Positions 1-13,463 of a stretch of 64,000 nt of DNA are shown here, piece after piece (within the stretch, counting starts at the first letter, position 1; every line of letters begins with the position of its first letter). The notes below the pieces were generated by a model that saw only the letters and a program-made list of their open reading frames with translations, was not told the origin of the DNA and searched no databases. Source of the stretch: Eledone cirrhosa (Eukaryota); contig OZ024747.1 in NCBI GenBank assembly GCA_964016885.1, positions 50,902,001-50,966,000 of the forward strand. The letters run 5' to 3'. A program made the position numbers and the translations under genes.

Positions 1-178
1 TTGAAGTTGTTACTATTGTTTCAGTTTTTATTGTTGTTTCTCATTTTTGGTGTTGTTGCTTCTCAGAGTGGCGCTGCTGTTGCTGCTGCTGTTGTTGTTG
101 TTGTTGTTGCTGCTGTTGTTGGTGGTGTTGTTGGTGGCGCTGTTGTTGTTGGTGGTGTTGTTGTTGTTGCTGTTGTTG

Positions 179-210
<32 letters not shown>

Positions 211-600
211 GTTGTTATGGTTGTTGTTGTTGTTGTTGTTGTTGTTGGTGGTGTTGTTATTGTTGTTGTTGTAGTTGTTGTTGGTGGTGTTGTTGGTACT
301 GTTATTGTTGTTGTTGGTATTGTTATTGTTGTTGTTGTTGTTGTTTGTATTGTTATTGTTGTTTTTGTTGTTGTTGTTACTGTTATTGATACTGTTGTTG
401 TTGTTGTTGTTGTTGGTGTTGCTGTTACTGTTAATTTTGTTGTTGTTGTTGCTGGTGTTGTTGTTGTTGGTGTTGTTGCTGTTGTTCTTGTTATTGTTGA
501 AGTTTCTCTTGTTGCTTTTTGTTGTAGTTGACATTGTTGTTGTTGTTGTTGTTGATGATGTTGTCACTGCTGTTCTTGTTCTTACTGTTGTTGTTGTTAC
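1..600. repeat. degenerate (GTT)n microsatellite
   Basis: GTT/GGT/GCT/ATT triplet array; explains the poly-V/L/N ORFs. Confidence 0.95.
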
Positions 601-730
601 TACCCTAGTATCGTTTAAACTATTCCTCCTCCTCTAACCGCGCCCCAAACACCCACTTTTAGCCCTCTTCTATCACAATTAATTGTCTACATATACTGCT
701 TCCATATTCCCCACCCCCCAACAACGCAGC

Positions 731-996
731 TTCTTCTTCTTCTTCTTCTTCTTCTTCTTCTTCTTCTTCTTCGTCGTCGTCGTCGTCGTCGTCTTCTTCT
801 TCTTCTTCTTCTTCTTCGTCGTCGTCGTCGTCGTCGTCGTCTTCTTCTTCTTCTTCTTCTTCTTCTTCTTCTTCTTCTTCTTCTTCTTCTTCTTCGTCGT
901 CGTCTTCTTCTTCTTCTTCTTCTTCTTCTTCTTCTTCTTCTTCTTCTTCTTCTTCTTCTTCTTCTTCTTCTTCTTCGTCGTCGTCGTCGTCGTCGT
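731..996. repeat. compound (TTC)n/(GTC)n microsatellite
   Basis: directly visible. Confidence 0.95.
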
Positions 997-1105
997 CCTC
1001 TCCCCTCTCCTCATGTCACCACTTCCATCTTTTGATCAATGGAGGACAACTTTTACTTCGTGGGAACTTAAAATGTCTTACACGGACAAATGTCTTTGCA
1101 TTGAA

Positions 1106-1830
1106 GTGGTGGTAGTGGTGGTGGTCGTGTTGGTGGTTGTGGTGGTGGTGATGATGGTGGTGGTCGTGTTGGTGGTGGTGGTGATGGTGGTGATGGTGGT
1201 GGCGGTGGTGGCGGTGGTGGTCGTGATGATGGTGGTGGTGGTAGTGTTGGTGGGTGTGTATGTGGTGATGGTTGGTGGTGGTGTTGGAGATAGTGGTGAT
1301 AGTGATGATGGTGGTGATTGTGATGGTGATGGTGGTGGTGGTGGTGGTGGTGGTGGTGGTGGTAGTGGTGGTGGTGGTGATGGTGGTGGTATTGGTGTTG
1401 TTCGTGGTGGTGGTGGTGGTTGTGATGGTGATGGTGGTAGTGGTGGTGGTGGTGGTGGTAGTGGTGGTTGTGGTGGCGGTGGTGGTGGTGGTGGTGGTGG
1501 TGGTGGTGGTGGTGGTGGTGGTGGTGGTGGTGGTAGTGGTGGTGGTGGTGGTGGTGGTGGTATTGGTGTTGTTCGTGGTGGTGGTGGTGGTGGTGGTTGT
1601 GATGGTGATGGTGGTAGTGGTGGTGGTGGTGGTGGTGGTGGTGGTGGTGGTGGTGGTGGTGGTGGTGGTGGTGGTGGTGGTAGTAGTGGTGAAGGTGGTG
1701 GTGGTATTGGTGTTGTTCGTGGTGGTGGTGGTGGTGGTTGTGATGGTGGAAGTGGTGGTGGTGGTGGTGGTATTGGTGTTGTTCGTGGTGGTGGTGGTGG
1801 TGGTTGTGGTGGCGATGGAGGAGGTGATGG
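1106..1830. repeat. (GGT)n microsatellite with recurring 'attggtgttgttcgt' higher-order unit
   Basis: directly visible. Confidence 0.9.
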
Positions 1831-2029
1831 TAGAAGGGATAATATTCTTGTTTCCGTTCTGCAGAATGTCTTTGGTTATACATGTGTTTGGTTGAGATGG
1901 ATTAAACAACAGCAGCATAAGATAATGGTTTCTAATTGAGGCATTCTATTTATACCCCCCGCCCCCCTCCCCACCATAGATGAAAGGTACTGTTGACCTT
2001 GGCGTAGCAAACAAAACATAAAACAATAT

Positions 2030-2200
2030 TCTTCCTCTTCTTCTTCTCGTTTGCTCACTTATTCTCGAGAGGATCGTGAAGGTAGAGTCCTGAAACACTC
2101 CCTCCAACGGGTCCTATCAAAAACTACCATCACCAGCTGATCCGGCTGGATCGCCAGGCGTGACCAGTCAAGCTCATGGAGCAACGCACTTACATCGAGT
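2030..2200 (-). mobile_element. RTE-like LINE 3' end fragment with (GAA)n tail
   Basis: HELDWSRLAIQPDQLVMVVFDRTRWR...SSRE* followed by gaagaagaag; homologous to 2370-2670. Confidence 0.6.
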
Positions 2201-2369
2201 AACGTTACACCAAAGACCCTTCGCATTTCCGCACCCCCAAAATTGTTGATCTTGTGCCTCAATCAGAAAACATTATTTAATGGGGGTCGATTGGCAGTAC
2301 CGATAAAGCGTCAAACAATGTGCTGTGCGGCATATAGATACGTCCCTTTACGCTCTTATAGTAGTTTCA

Positions 2370-3120
2370 TCCTTATTGAGAGATCACAGCTCCGATACTG
2401 TGGGTATGTGGTTAGAATGTCTCAGGAAAGAATCGCTGGACAGATTTTACGGGAAAAACGAACCGGCAGCTGTCCCAGGTGCAGACCCTATCAAGAGGGT
2501 TGGATAACCGGCAGCTGTCCCAGGTGCAAACCCTATCAAGAGGGCTTGGATAACATTCATGAGCTTGGCTGGTCACGATTGGGGATCCAGCCGGGTCAGT
2601 TTGGAGGTGGTTGCTTCTGGCAGGAGACGCTGGAAGGAGTGTTGGAGTACCGCCCCATGACTCTCTCGGGAAGAAGAAGAAGAAGAAGAAGAAGAAGAAG
2701 AAGAAGAAGAAGAAGAAGAAGAAGAAGAAGAAGAAGAAGAAGAAAACGACGACGACGACGACGACGACGAAGAAGAAGAAGAAGAAGAAGAAGAAGAAGA
2801 AGAAGAAGAAGAAGAAGAAGAAGAAGAAGAAGAAGAAGAAGAAGAAGAAGAAGAAGAAGAAGAAGAAGAAGAAGAAGAAAAAAAAGAAAAAGAAAAAGAA
2901 GAAGAAGAAGAAGAAGAAGAAGAAGCAGTAGAAGAAGAAGAAGAAGAAGAAGAAGAAGAAGAAGAAGAAAAAGAAGAAGAAGAAGAAGAAGAAGAAGAAG
3001 AAGAAGAAGAAGAAGAAGAAGAAGAAGAAGAAGAAGAAGAAAAAGAAGAAGAAGAAGAAGAAGAAGAAAAAGAAGAAGAAGAAGAAGAAGAAGAAGAAGA
3101 AGAAGAAGAAGAAGAAGAAG
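2370..3120 (+). mobile_element. RTE-like LINE C-terminal fragment with expanded (GAA)n tail (2670-3120)
   Basis: IERSQLRYCGYVVRMSQERIAGQIL...RPYQEGLDNIHELGWSRLGI resembles the RTE C-terminal 'LRW.GHV.RM...R..GRP' motif. Confidence 0.65.
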
Positions 3121-3503
3121 CTCTAACGAATCTGCCAATCCAAAGCCTGGTATAACAGTAAACAATCAACTCTTATCTATTCTAGACAGGCCACGTTAAC
3201 TGTATCTCTCTTGTTACATGTCAAGTCGTTAACAGAGGCATGAACATCACTACCTCCATTGACAGCCATCCCCTCTCTACACGGATTAGTCCCCGCTTTG
3301 GTACAGAACTCAGATCTGGAAAGGTCAAAATGTGTCAGGGTTCGAGTGCGTGGGATATGTAAATATTCAACATTTAGAGACATATTTAGAAATAATATTT
3401 CATACATATACATACATAATTAATTACACACATACATATATGTATATATATATATATATACATGCATACTTACATACATAATTAACCACATACACACACA
3501 CAC

Positions 3504-3560
<57 letters not shown>

Positions 3561-3595
3561 CATGCACACATACATACATACATAATTAACCACAT

Positions 3596-3704
<109 letters not shown>

Positions 3705-3732
3705 CATGCACACATACATACATACATAATTT

Positions 3733-3767
<35 letters not shown>

Positions 3768-3770
3768 GTA

Positions 3771-4235
3771 CTTGGTGGCTGCCAACTCGTTTTCGAGTAC
3801 GGCCACTACTTTATATCCATGTAGGAGAACTCCTACCGATGCGCTGAACGAGTGTGGCTTTTTAGTCCTGCCAGCGACTTGAAAACTCTGGTACAAACAC
3901 TACACTTGTGACAATTATTGACACATAGTGCTGGGCCCATGGTACCATGTGACGACAAGTGCAGAGAGATCTCCAGATACAAAGCAATGCCTGTGCCGTG
4001 AAGCTTTTATAGTGAGCAAAGGCACTGCACAAAGCCAGTCCCACTCTCTTAACCAAGATGATATTTACCAAAAAGAAGAACAAGTCAACAACATTGGATA
4101 CCATCAGGGTTGCAGGTGTTATATCAGAGTTTTCCTTCTCCTAGAATTCTGCCTTGACAAAGGCTAAGGGGTCATCTCTCCCGGTGATTTTGGATGGCCA
4201 TTGACTCTTAAGAGCTCCTTTGCCCTTTGACAGGT
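3771..4235 (-). mobile_element. non-autonomous RTE-derived element (5'UTR-like head + RTE 3' end) in TATG/TA microsatellite
   Basis: head contains 'ctaggagaaggaaaactctga', which I recognise as RTE 5'UTR-like; 3' part near-identical to 23848-24067 and encodes a C2H2-like remnant. Confidence 0.55.
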
Positions 4236-4379
4236 ATACATACGTGCATACATACATGCATACATACATGCATACATACATACCTGCATACATACATACG
4301 GACATACAGATGAGGACATACACACACACACGGACACGCACATATATATATATATATATGTGTGTGTGTATAGATATGC

Positions 4380-4413
<34 letters not shown>

Positions 4414-4512
4414 GTATATGTGTGTATGTATATACACACATATACATATGAATCGGAGGTAACCACAGTAAGGTACTCAATACATAGCAGAGTAAAAATG
4501 TTTTAATATAGA

Positions 4513-4567
4513 AGAGCTTCTACAGGACTAGAACTGTTTCATTCGTGAGAAATCATCAGGAAGCTCC
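4513..4567 (-). ncRNA. type I hammerhead ribozyme
   Basis: ggagcuuc-CUGAUGA-u uuc ucac gaa u-GAAA-cag uucuaguc cug-UA-gaagcucu; 8-bp stem I, GUA cleavage triplet. Confidence 0.75.
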
Positions 4568-4575
4568 TGATGATT

Positions 4576-4622
4576 CTTCCTGATGATTTCTCACGAATGA
4601 AACAGTTTTAGTCCTGTAGAAG
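4576..4622 (+). ncRNA. type I hammerhead ribozyme (inverted copy, 4-bp stem I)
   Basis: cuuc-CUGAUGA(4580-4586)...GAAA(4599-4602)-cag...cug-UA-gaag. Confidence 0.6.
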
Positions 4623-4625
4623 CTC

Positions 4626-4682
<57 letters not shown>

Positions 4683-4859
4683 TATTGTGTGTGAGTGTGT
4701 ATATATAAATATATGTGTTTGGGTTAATTGTGTAAAATAAGAGCTCAACTAAACTGTAACAGAGAGGGAAATTATAAATTTTCTTCACAAAACAGAAATT
4801 CACAATGAAACAATATACTTATGACAAAGTAAGAAAATATTGCCTACACACACACTCGC

Positions 4860-4906
<47 letters not shown>

Positions 4907-4942
4907 CACATATATATTTATATATATATATATATACACACA

Positions 4943-4997
<55 letters not shown>

Positions 4998-5121
4998 ACA
5001 CACACACATATATATATATATACACATATATATTTATATATATATATATATATTTAACATACACACACACTCACACACATATATATATATATACATACCA
5101 ATTCATACAAACTTACATACG

Positions 5122-5166
<45 letters not shown>

Positions 5167-5309
5167 CCATGGGTGTGTTTACGCGTGTACGTTTTGTATA
5201 CATACATAAATACCTATACTTATACAAACACACACATATATGTAAGTTTAAATAAATACATATATTCATAAATACGCAGACATGTGTGTACGTCTCTCTC
5301 TCTCTCTTA

Positions 5310-5427
<118 letters not shown>

Positions 5428-5646
5428 CATAAAGATAAAGAGAGCGGGAGGGAGCAATAATGGAAAATAGAGTGTGGAGGCAAGGAGTTAGAATGCATGA
5501 AAAGTAAATTATTTTGAACGCTATGTATGTGTGTATATGTGAGGGTGTATCTATGTGTGTATATATAATTGATTATATGTGTATGTGTTTCTAAGATTAT
5601 GTGTAAGCACATGTGTTTGCGTCTATATATATATATATATGTGTCT

Positions 5647-5722
<76 letters not shown>

Positions 5723-5769
5723 ATTTGTTTATATACGTGTATATATATATATATGTGTGTGTCTGTCTG

Positions 5770-5808
<39 letters not shown>

Positions 5809-5820
5809 TTGTATATATAC

Positions 5821-5872
<52 letters not shown>

Positions 5873-6628
5873 CTGTGTCTGTATATATATATATATATAT
5901 TTGTATATATACGTGTATATATAAATATGTGTGTGTGTGTGTGTGTGTATGTGTGGATGTGTGAGTGTGTATATGTGGTGGGATTGGATGGGTGAATAAA
6001 AGTAAAGAAAATAAGTAAATTGAAGCAGCTGCCGAGGGCAGGGGGTACGTGTGATCGGATTAAGTTAACATATTTCAGGGGGTAGGAACAGGTTTAAGAA
6101 GACACATGAAGATGTCAGAATATTGTAGATTTTATTACGATTTCAGACCTAACAGCACCAGCTTCAACTACAGCAGCAGTGATATTCCAATCTCTACATT
6201 GTGCCAGCTGGAAGGACTGTGATCCTACGTCTGGCTTTATTAACATTTTTTTATTTCACATTCCACATTCATAGCAAGATTAAAACAAATAACCTTACGC
6301 TCCTTCATAATCGAGTTAGTATATGGCATAGTACGTAGCATACTATAGTGTATAATATTGTATATAGTATAGTGCAGTGTGGTATATAGTATCAGGGCCG
6401 CATGTAATGGGGAGGGGAATAAGGAATTATCGTTGGACCCATGCAGTAGGCACGTCAGCGACGGCCATAGCAATTTATTTGTGCGCTAAGATGGACATTT
6501 TAGTTTTAGGATGTTTAGAAGTTTTGAATTTGACTCTTTAGCATTTCCATTACTCTATATTTCCTATTGTATTTCCACAGTAAAGTCTCCATCTCACACA
6601 ATATCGAAGATATTGATATTATTTAATT

Positions 6629-6820
6629 GGCGGTGGATTGGCAGTATCGGTAGAGGGTCGGACGCCATGCTTTGACGCATAGAGTTACGGCCCTTTCCAT
6701 TCTGAGTTCAAATCCCGCCGAAGTTAACTTTGCCTTTCATCCTTTCGGGGTCGATAAAATAAAGTACCAGTCATGTACTGGGTAATTGCTGGCCTTGTGC
6801 CAAAAGTAGAAACAATTATT
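6629..6820 (+). mobile_element. tRNA-headed SINE, full length
   Basis: A-box-like tggcagtatcgg, B-box gagttcaaatcc, central 'gcctttcatcc..cggggtcgataaaataaagtaccag' (resembles Meta/MESC domain), ATT tail, TSD attatttaatt. Confidence 0.9.
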
Positions 6821-6931
6821 TAATTTGAGAACAATGGCTTAACATAAGTATGAGCAGCCAGTTATGACCAGTTTGAATAGAAATAGGTGAAAGAAGTCTG
6901 GCCGAATACAGTCGGTTTAAATGCTAAAGAG

Positions 6932-7120
6932 ATAATTGTTTCTACTTTAGGCACAAGGCCAGCAATTATCCAGTGCATTACTGGTACTTTATTTTATCGA
7001 CCCCGTAAGGATGAAAGGCAAAGTCAACCTCGGCGGGATTTGAACTCAGATCGTAAAGGGACGTAACTATGCTGGAAAGCATGGCGTCCGACCCTCTACC
7101 GATACTGCCAATCCACCACC
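6932..7120 (-). mobile_element. same SINE, full length
   Basis: reverse complement of the 6629 copy; 13-bp TSD ctaaagagataat at 6924-6936 and 7121-7133. Confidence 0.9.
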
Positions 7121-7735
7121 CTAAAGAGATAATACCTATAAGTATAATTTTTCAATTCCAATTACTTGCACCAAGCTAACTTTTATATGTAGAATTGGGG
7201 TGTCTGATGTGTATTCTAATTTTTTTGTGTATGAGGAGCCCTCCCAAACCTGATCCAAGGTCTAAACCCATCCAAGGTCTAAATCCATATACCAGATTCT
7301 GCATTGCCACACACCACCTTGAGAAAGACTAAACTAGATAATCAGACGAGAAATATAAAGAACATAAGGAAATATATTGCCAGTCTAAATGTTTGTATGT
7401 ACGATCCTGTAACTCCTGAGAGAGTCCTAAGGGTGCCGTATTGATATACGGCCTTTCTTGGGGTATTATTTTGAGACTGGCGGAGCCCATCTCCTCTCCA
7501 GGCCTGAGTACAGAGATTTCTTCCAGAGTGAAATAGAAAGTGAGAGAGAGAGAGGAAATGAGAAAGAGATATAGAAGAAGAATGGGCCTTAGTACTAGAC
7601 TGGTGCTTTTTTGTATCGACCTCGAAACGATGAACGGCAAAATTGACCTCGGCGGGATTTGAACTCAGAGAGAGGAGAGCCGGATCGAACACCATAAAGT
7701 GTTCTATCCGTCGTAATGTATAAGAATAATATTAT

Positions 7736-7895
7736 AATAATTGTTTCTACTTTTGACTCAAGGCCAGCAATCACCCAGTGCATTACTGGTACTTTATTTT
7801 ATCGACCCCGTAAGTATGAAAGGCAAAGTTAAGATTGGCGGGATTTAAACTCAGACCATAAAGGGCCGTAACTCTTTGCTGCAAAGCATGGCGTC
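7736..7895 (-). mobile_element. same SINE, 5'-truncated (older degenerate piece at about 7590-7720)
   Basis: sequence similarity; flanking aataatattataataat direct repeat. Confidence 0.85.
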
Positions 7896-8151
7896 TAATA
7901 ATATTATAATAATAACCGACGTAAACATAATGTTTATAGGTCTATATACGTCTTTAAAGATTAGAATATTGAAAGTTTTCCAGGGAAGCAAGGGCGGTGT
8001 GACAGATGGGTTTACCTTCTCTCAAGTCACTTCTACCATAACATATACAATATCTACTACAACACACACCATCTCTACGACACAAGATCCCACCACAGAT
8101 CCCAACACAAACGTTACCACACTACTTTTACAGCACTTCACACCACCTCTC

Positions 8152-8206
<55 letters not shown>

Positions 8207-8856
8207 CACAACTTTTCAAGAAACCTCCAACATCTGTACACGGTTGTCTGCTACTGTTGAAATAGAATATGAAAATATGAAAATATATAAAGGAAATATA
8301 TATACAAATATATATAAATATATATAAATATATGTTTAAATAAAATCATTTTCTGTGAAGAAACTAAAAAAATATATAGAGAAGTATGCCGCGAAAGTAA
8401 TAAAAATATAACTAGTTTAGTCGTTTCTATCTTATTTCATTCTTATTTACCCCGACCTTACTTCCTTTCCTTTCTCTCTCTACACTTTATTTATTTAATT
8501 ATGGTTGTATCATTATATATATATATATATACATACATGTGTGTGTGTGTGTGTGTTTGTTTGTATGTGTGCGTGTGTGTATGTGTGTGTGTGTTTGCGT
8601 GTGTGGGTATATATATATATACGGTAATAAGGCCCAGCAGATTTGAAGATAGTACATCTTAACTCTTCTAACACATATAAGTTGCCCCTTATATATGTAT
8701 ATGTATATATGTCTGTATGTATGTATATATGTATGTATGTATGTATGCTTGTATGTATATATGTATATATACATGTATGTATGTGGTTTTGTTTGTATGT
8801 AGCTACACACACACACACATACACACATGCACACACATACACACATACACACACAT

Positions 8857-8888
<32 letters not shown>

Positions 8889-9131
8889 GTACGTACATCT
8901 CTCTCTTTAACCTTGTTTTAAAAACGCTGCTGGGATCATGTTTCATTTTATTTCGAAATTTCTTCCATCCAATTAAAATGAGGTGGAGTTTTAGCTTCAC
9001 TTTACTTTAACTAAAACACTGGTGTTAAAATCTAGGCCACCTTTATGAGCTGTCCTCATTAAAAGACTCGGCTAACAAACTGTGGAAAGTGTATATTTAA
9101 CAAAGACGTTGTATTATATATATATTTCGTA

Positions 9132-9523
9132 GGGTGGTGTGTTGGTGGAGAGGTTAGAGCGTCGGTCAAGTGTATTGCACCATTTCTCCAGGTCCTTACA
9201 TTATGAGTTCAATTCCGACCGACCGAGGTCATCTTTGTTTTTATCAATTCGCGATCGATGAAATGAAGTAGCAGACAAGTACTTTAGTCGGTGTAATTTA
9301 CTTTCCCGCCCAGCAAATTAGTGGCCTTGACAATATTTCATAATTGTTTCTACTTTTGGCACAAGGCCAGCAATTACCCAGTGTATTACTGGCACTTTAT
9401 TTTATCGACCTCGTAAGGATGAAAAGCAAAGTTAACCTCGGCAGGATTTGAACTCAGACCGTAAAGGGACGTAACTATGCTCGAAAGATGGCGTCCGACC
9501 CTCTACCAATACTGCCAATCCAC
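9132..9523. mobile_element. old SINE copy (+, about 9132-9330) abutting a young SINE copy (-, 9340-9523)
   Basis: similarity to the SINE consensus seen in this window. Confidence 0.8.
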
Positions 9524-9524
9524 A

Positions 9525-9569
<45 letters not shown>

Positions 9570-9687
9570 ATATACTATACATGTTATATATATATATATA
9601 TATAATAATGTAGAAGTCCCTTTTATTTATGTACTACACACACATACATACTCTCCACCCCATATATACTGTATACATATATATATA

Positions 9688-9889
9688 TAGTGGTGGAACA
9701 CTGGAAGGTAATATCCCTAGTGGTGGAGCACTCAGTCCAAGGGACGAGTTAGGTAGAAGTGGTTACACAACAGTTAGTTCACCATACCAAGAACAATTGT
9801 TTCACCTTCGCGGATCTTCATCCCGAGCTGAAGATCCGCGAAGGTGAAACAATTGTTCTCGGTATGGTGAACTAACTGTTGTGTAACCA

Positions 9890-9892
<3 letters not shown>
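9688..9892. mobile_element. Penelope pLTR-like insert family B, head-to-head inverted pair in (TA)n
   Basis: 64-bp arms 9757-9820 and 9829-9892 with one mismatch and an 8-nt spacer. Confidence 0.7.
9823..9862 (+). ncRNA. minimal type I hammerhead ribozyme
   Basis: ccgag-CUGAAGA-u cc gcgaa gg u-GAAA-caauug(palindromic stem III)-UU-cucgg. Confidence 0.75.
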
Positions 9893-9986
<94 letters not shown>

Positions 9987-10239
9987 ATATCTAAAGCGAG
10001 CACTACCAATGTAAACAAATATATCAACTATTTTCAACCTCTGACCCTGTATACATATCCTCCGGGGCAACATTACCCTCGGGGTAATGTTGCTCATGAG
10101 GTGGTGTGTACATCACCTTAGTCTTTCCTGCATTGATGCTAAGCCCGAATGCAGTGCACCCCTCCGAAAACATATCCATGACTGCCTTGATCAACAAGGA
10201 CTGTATCGTCAGCAGAGTGCAACACTCGCATAACAGACA

Positions 10240-10920
10240 GGAAAATGTTTGATTTCGTTCTTACACCTGATACCGTTGTTCTGCAGCGGACTAAGACATT
10301 TAGCATAGAAAAACTGCTCTTTCGAAACCAACTACGTTAGGCAGGACATTTATAGCGGGTGGGAGAAAAGGTGTTGCCTAAGCTTGTGTGGTAGTGCAAG
10401 TTAGTTCTTGGTAAACGCACAGACACAAACTCAAGAAATGTTTCAGAGATTTGTTCAAAGACAACCTGACGCCTCCTGGTACAACTGTCAAGGATTGGGA
10501 AAACGAGGCAATGAGTAAATCTTGTTGGAGACGACTGGTTTTTTTATGGTTTTACTCACTTTGAGGTCAAAAATATTGAACATTCAGTTTTTTTTTAAAG
10601 GAAAGGTGATGTCGAGTCAGTCCCGGAGGATATCGTGTTGGAGCATGTAACACCTGAGGAAAGGATGTGTTTTCTCGTGTTGAGGTTGCTGTTCATTTAA
10701 GAGCTCATAGCAACCAACAGTCTGTGGCCAATTGTGTTGATTCATGTCAGTTTTGTGACAAAGTTTGTAGGTCTGCTTCTGGTCATTCGGGACTATTTTA
10801 TGTGTCACATCTGTAAAAAGACATGCAGGAGCCAGGCAGGTTTGCAGAATCATTTGTAAGAATATGGCAGTTCAGCACAACATTGGATAGAGGGCGTTCT
10901 TCTGTAAAGAAGTTGCAGTT
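10240..10920 (+). mobile_element. degraded RTE-BovB-like LINE C-terminus
   Basis: LQRTKTFSIEKLLFRNQLR*AGHL...LPK...FRDLFKDNL...DWENEAMSKSCWRRLV and a C2H2 remnant CQFCDKVC. Confidence 0.65.
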
Positions 10921-10964
10921 GTCACACACACATACACACAGGCATATATATATATATATATATA

Positions 10965-11060
10965 TAGTAATAACAAATGTGAAGACTAAAATCCGAAGAG
11001 GGCTCGATTTAAGTGTGAAAGTAGCAATTCTTTGCTTAAATTTTAATCTGTTCTTATAAT
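10965..11060. mobile_element. head-to-head fragments of the Penelope (47.6-51.8 kb) pLTR in (TA)n
   Basis: left part matches about 51530-51568; right part is the reverse complement of about 47650-47690. Confidence 0.6.
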
Positions 11061-11079
11061 ATATATATACATATATATT

Positions 11080-11302
<223 letters not shown>

Positions 11303-11794
11303 TATACTGTTAGTCAGACCTTGTATATTTCAGAAGCCATTAGTTGTCTACAAGACGGTGTTGTATTTATGGGGTAACAAAGTCTTATAAGTGAGGTGGA
11401 GAGAAAAGGCGGAAAGAGTATCAGGAACAAGATTTGTGGTGACCTTGGTTATATTTATTATTCTTCATATTTATCCATTCTCAGGGGAATTGTTGGGAAT
11501 ATCGAAGGGCACTGTTAAACATCTGTATATTTTATATTCGAGGTGAAAATGAGTTCTACGAGTGCATTTAACACACCGGCGTGTCTTAGTCATCCTATGT
11601 AATGCAGCCTCAAAGGAGGATTCTCGGGTATATTAATGATAGAAGTCTTAGTCAGAAGTAGACTAGGCCTTAAAACCGTGAAGTATTGAATAACAGATAA
11701 CTGACTGCTGATTGAGCAAGATTAAACGTGTGTTTTCACTGCTCAGCTAAAGCAGGTTTCATTTTCCATTCAATATTTATGCAGCGGACGAGAC

Positions 11795-12030
11795 AGTGGA
11801 TTGGCAGAATCGGTAGCGTGTCGGACAACTTTCTTCGAGGCATAGAGTTATGGACCTTTACGGTCTGAGTTAAAATCCCACCATGGTTAGCTTTGCCTTA
11901 AAGGGTCGATATAATATAGCCCCAGTAAGGCAGTGGGGTCGATATAATATAGCCCCAGTAACGCACTGGGGTCGATATAATCGACTTTCCCTTCCCTCCA
12001 AATTATTGGCCTCGGCCTACATCAGAAATC
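11795..12030 (+). mobile_element. old SINE subfamily copy
   Basis: gtggattggcagaatcggtag head, ctgagttaaaatccc B-box, ggtcgatataat core. Confidence 0.7.
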
Positions 12031-12116
12031 AATATTTGCTCAGAGGTTATGGCATCAGATTTTCTGGACATTTTACATAAACTAGCGACCCACGGCCTTA
12101 TACTAATCTAGCCACT

Positions 12117-12747
12117 CATCATCTTGCCAGTCTACATCTGGTCACAGTCCACATCTGGCCAGTCCACATCTTGCCAGTCCACATCTGGTCACAGTCCACA
12201 TCTGACCAGTCCACAACTGGGCAGTCCACATCTAGTCACATTCCACATCTGGTCACAGTTCACATCTGACCAGTCCACATCTGGCCAGTCTACATCTGGT
12301 CCCTTTCCACATCTGATCACAGTCCACATCTGGCCAGTCCACATCTGGTCACAGTCCACATCTGGCCAGTCCACATCTGGCCAGTCCACATCTGACCAGT
12401 CTACACCTGGCCAGTCCACAACTGGCCAGTCCACATGTGACCAGTTAACACCTGGCCAATCCACATCTGGCCAGTCCACAACTGGTCACAGTCTACATCT
12501 GAGCAGTCCACAACTGGCCAGTCCACATCTGACCAGTCCACATCTGCCCAGTCCACATCTGGCCAGTCCACAACTGGCCAGTCCACAACTGGCAAGTCCA
12601 CATCTGTCCAGTCCACATCTGGCCAGTCCACAATTGGCCAGTCCACATCTGTCCAGTCCACATCTGGCCAGTCCACATCTGGCCAGTCCACATCTGGCCA
12701 GTCCACATCTGGCCAGTCCACATCTGACCAACCCACAACTGGTCACA
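12117..12747. repeat. 15-bp minisatellite (CCAGTCCACATCTGG), about 42 copies
   Basis: directly visible tandem array. Confidence 0.95.
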
Positions 12748-13399
12748 ATCCTATCCTGCCATCAGGAGCTGCGATTTTTTACCGTGTGTTATACGAGAGA
12801 GATGTGCCTACTATTTCAAGCAGGCAGAGAGACCACATATATTTTCCCATGTTGTTTCAATTTTCCATGCATATAGGTTGGCAGTAAAATAAGTAGGGAG
12901 AAGATGGCGGGGGAAAGGGGGGGGGGGGGGGTTAATAAAGGGAGCTTCTAAAAATTACATTTCATCATGGAATTTAAGGGGCCGATATATATGACAAATT
13001 GTCAAATTTTCAGCGAAACGGATGTTTGTTATTACCAGTGAGATGTGACTGGGACAAGAATGTTGTGTAGAGGGATGAGGATGAGTTCAGGGATGGCGGT
13101 GAGATGAGGGGGTTCATATAGGAGTGGTGGTAGGGTGATGGAATTGGAGTAGAAATGGGGGATGGGGGGTGGGGGAAAATTTTGGTAACTGTTATCTTTC
13201 TTCAAGGAGGATGACTTTGAAACATCTCTCATTATTATGATTTGAGTGAGGAGAAGTGTATATTCTGTATAAGTGTATCTGTGCCTATATATGTGTGTGT
13301 TTATATGTGTATCTTTATTGTATTGGCGTATATGCATGCATAGAAGCACACGCACGCATACACACATATACACATACCCACATATACATACAGGATGTC

Positions 13400-13462
<63 letters not shown>

Positions 13463-13463
<1 letters not shown>

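Larger units (their letters stand above)
4452..4633. mobile_element. Penelope pLTR-like insert family A, head-to-head inverted pair in (TA)n
   Basis: arms about 4507-4563 and 4576-4633 are near-perfect reverse complements; related copy at 56439-56556. Confidence 0.7.

Noticed and set aside
3177-3413. 78-aa minus-strand ORF of complex sequence
   Set aside because: no recognisable domain or splice support
6131-6270. possible host exon after a tttcag acceptor (6146)
   Set aside because: no recognisable protein or partner exon; needs RNA-seq
6629-6720. tRNA gene
   Set aside because: A/B boxes belong to a multi-copy SINE head; no cloverleaf
8205-8270. possible minus-strand micro-exon (tattctatttcaacag acceptor)
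   Set aside because: no convincing donor or homology
10067-10093. 12-bp perfect hairpin as terminator or miRNA
   Set aside because: too short for a pre-miRNA; probably part of the adjacent RTE remnant
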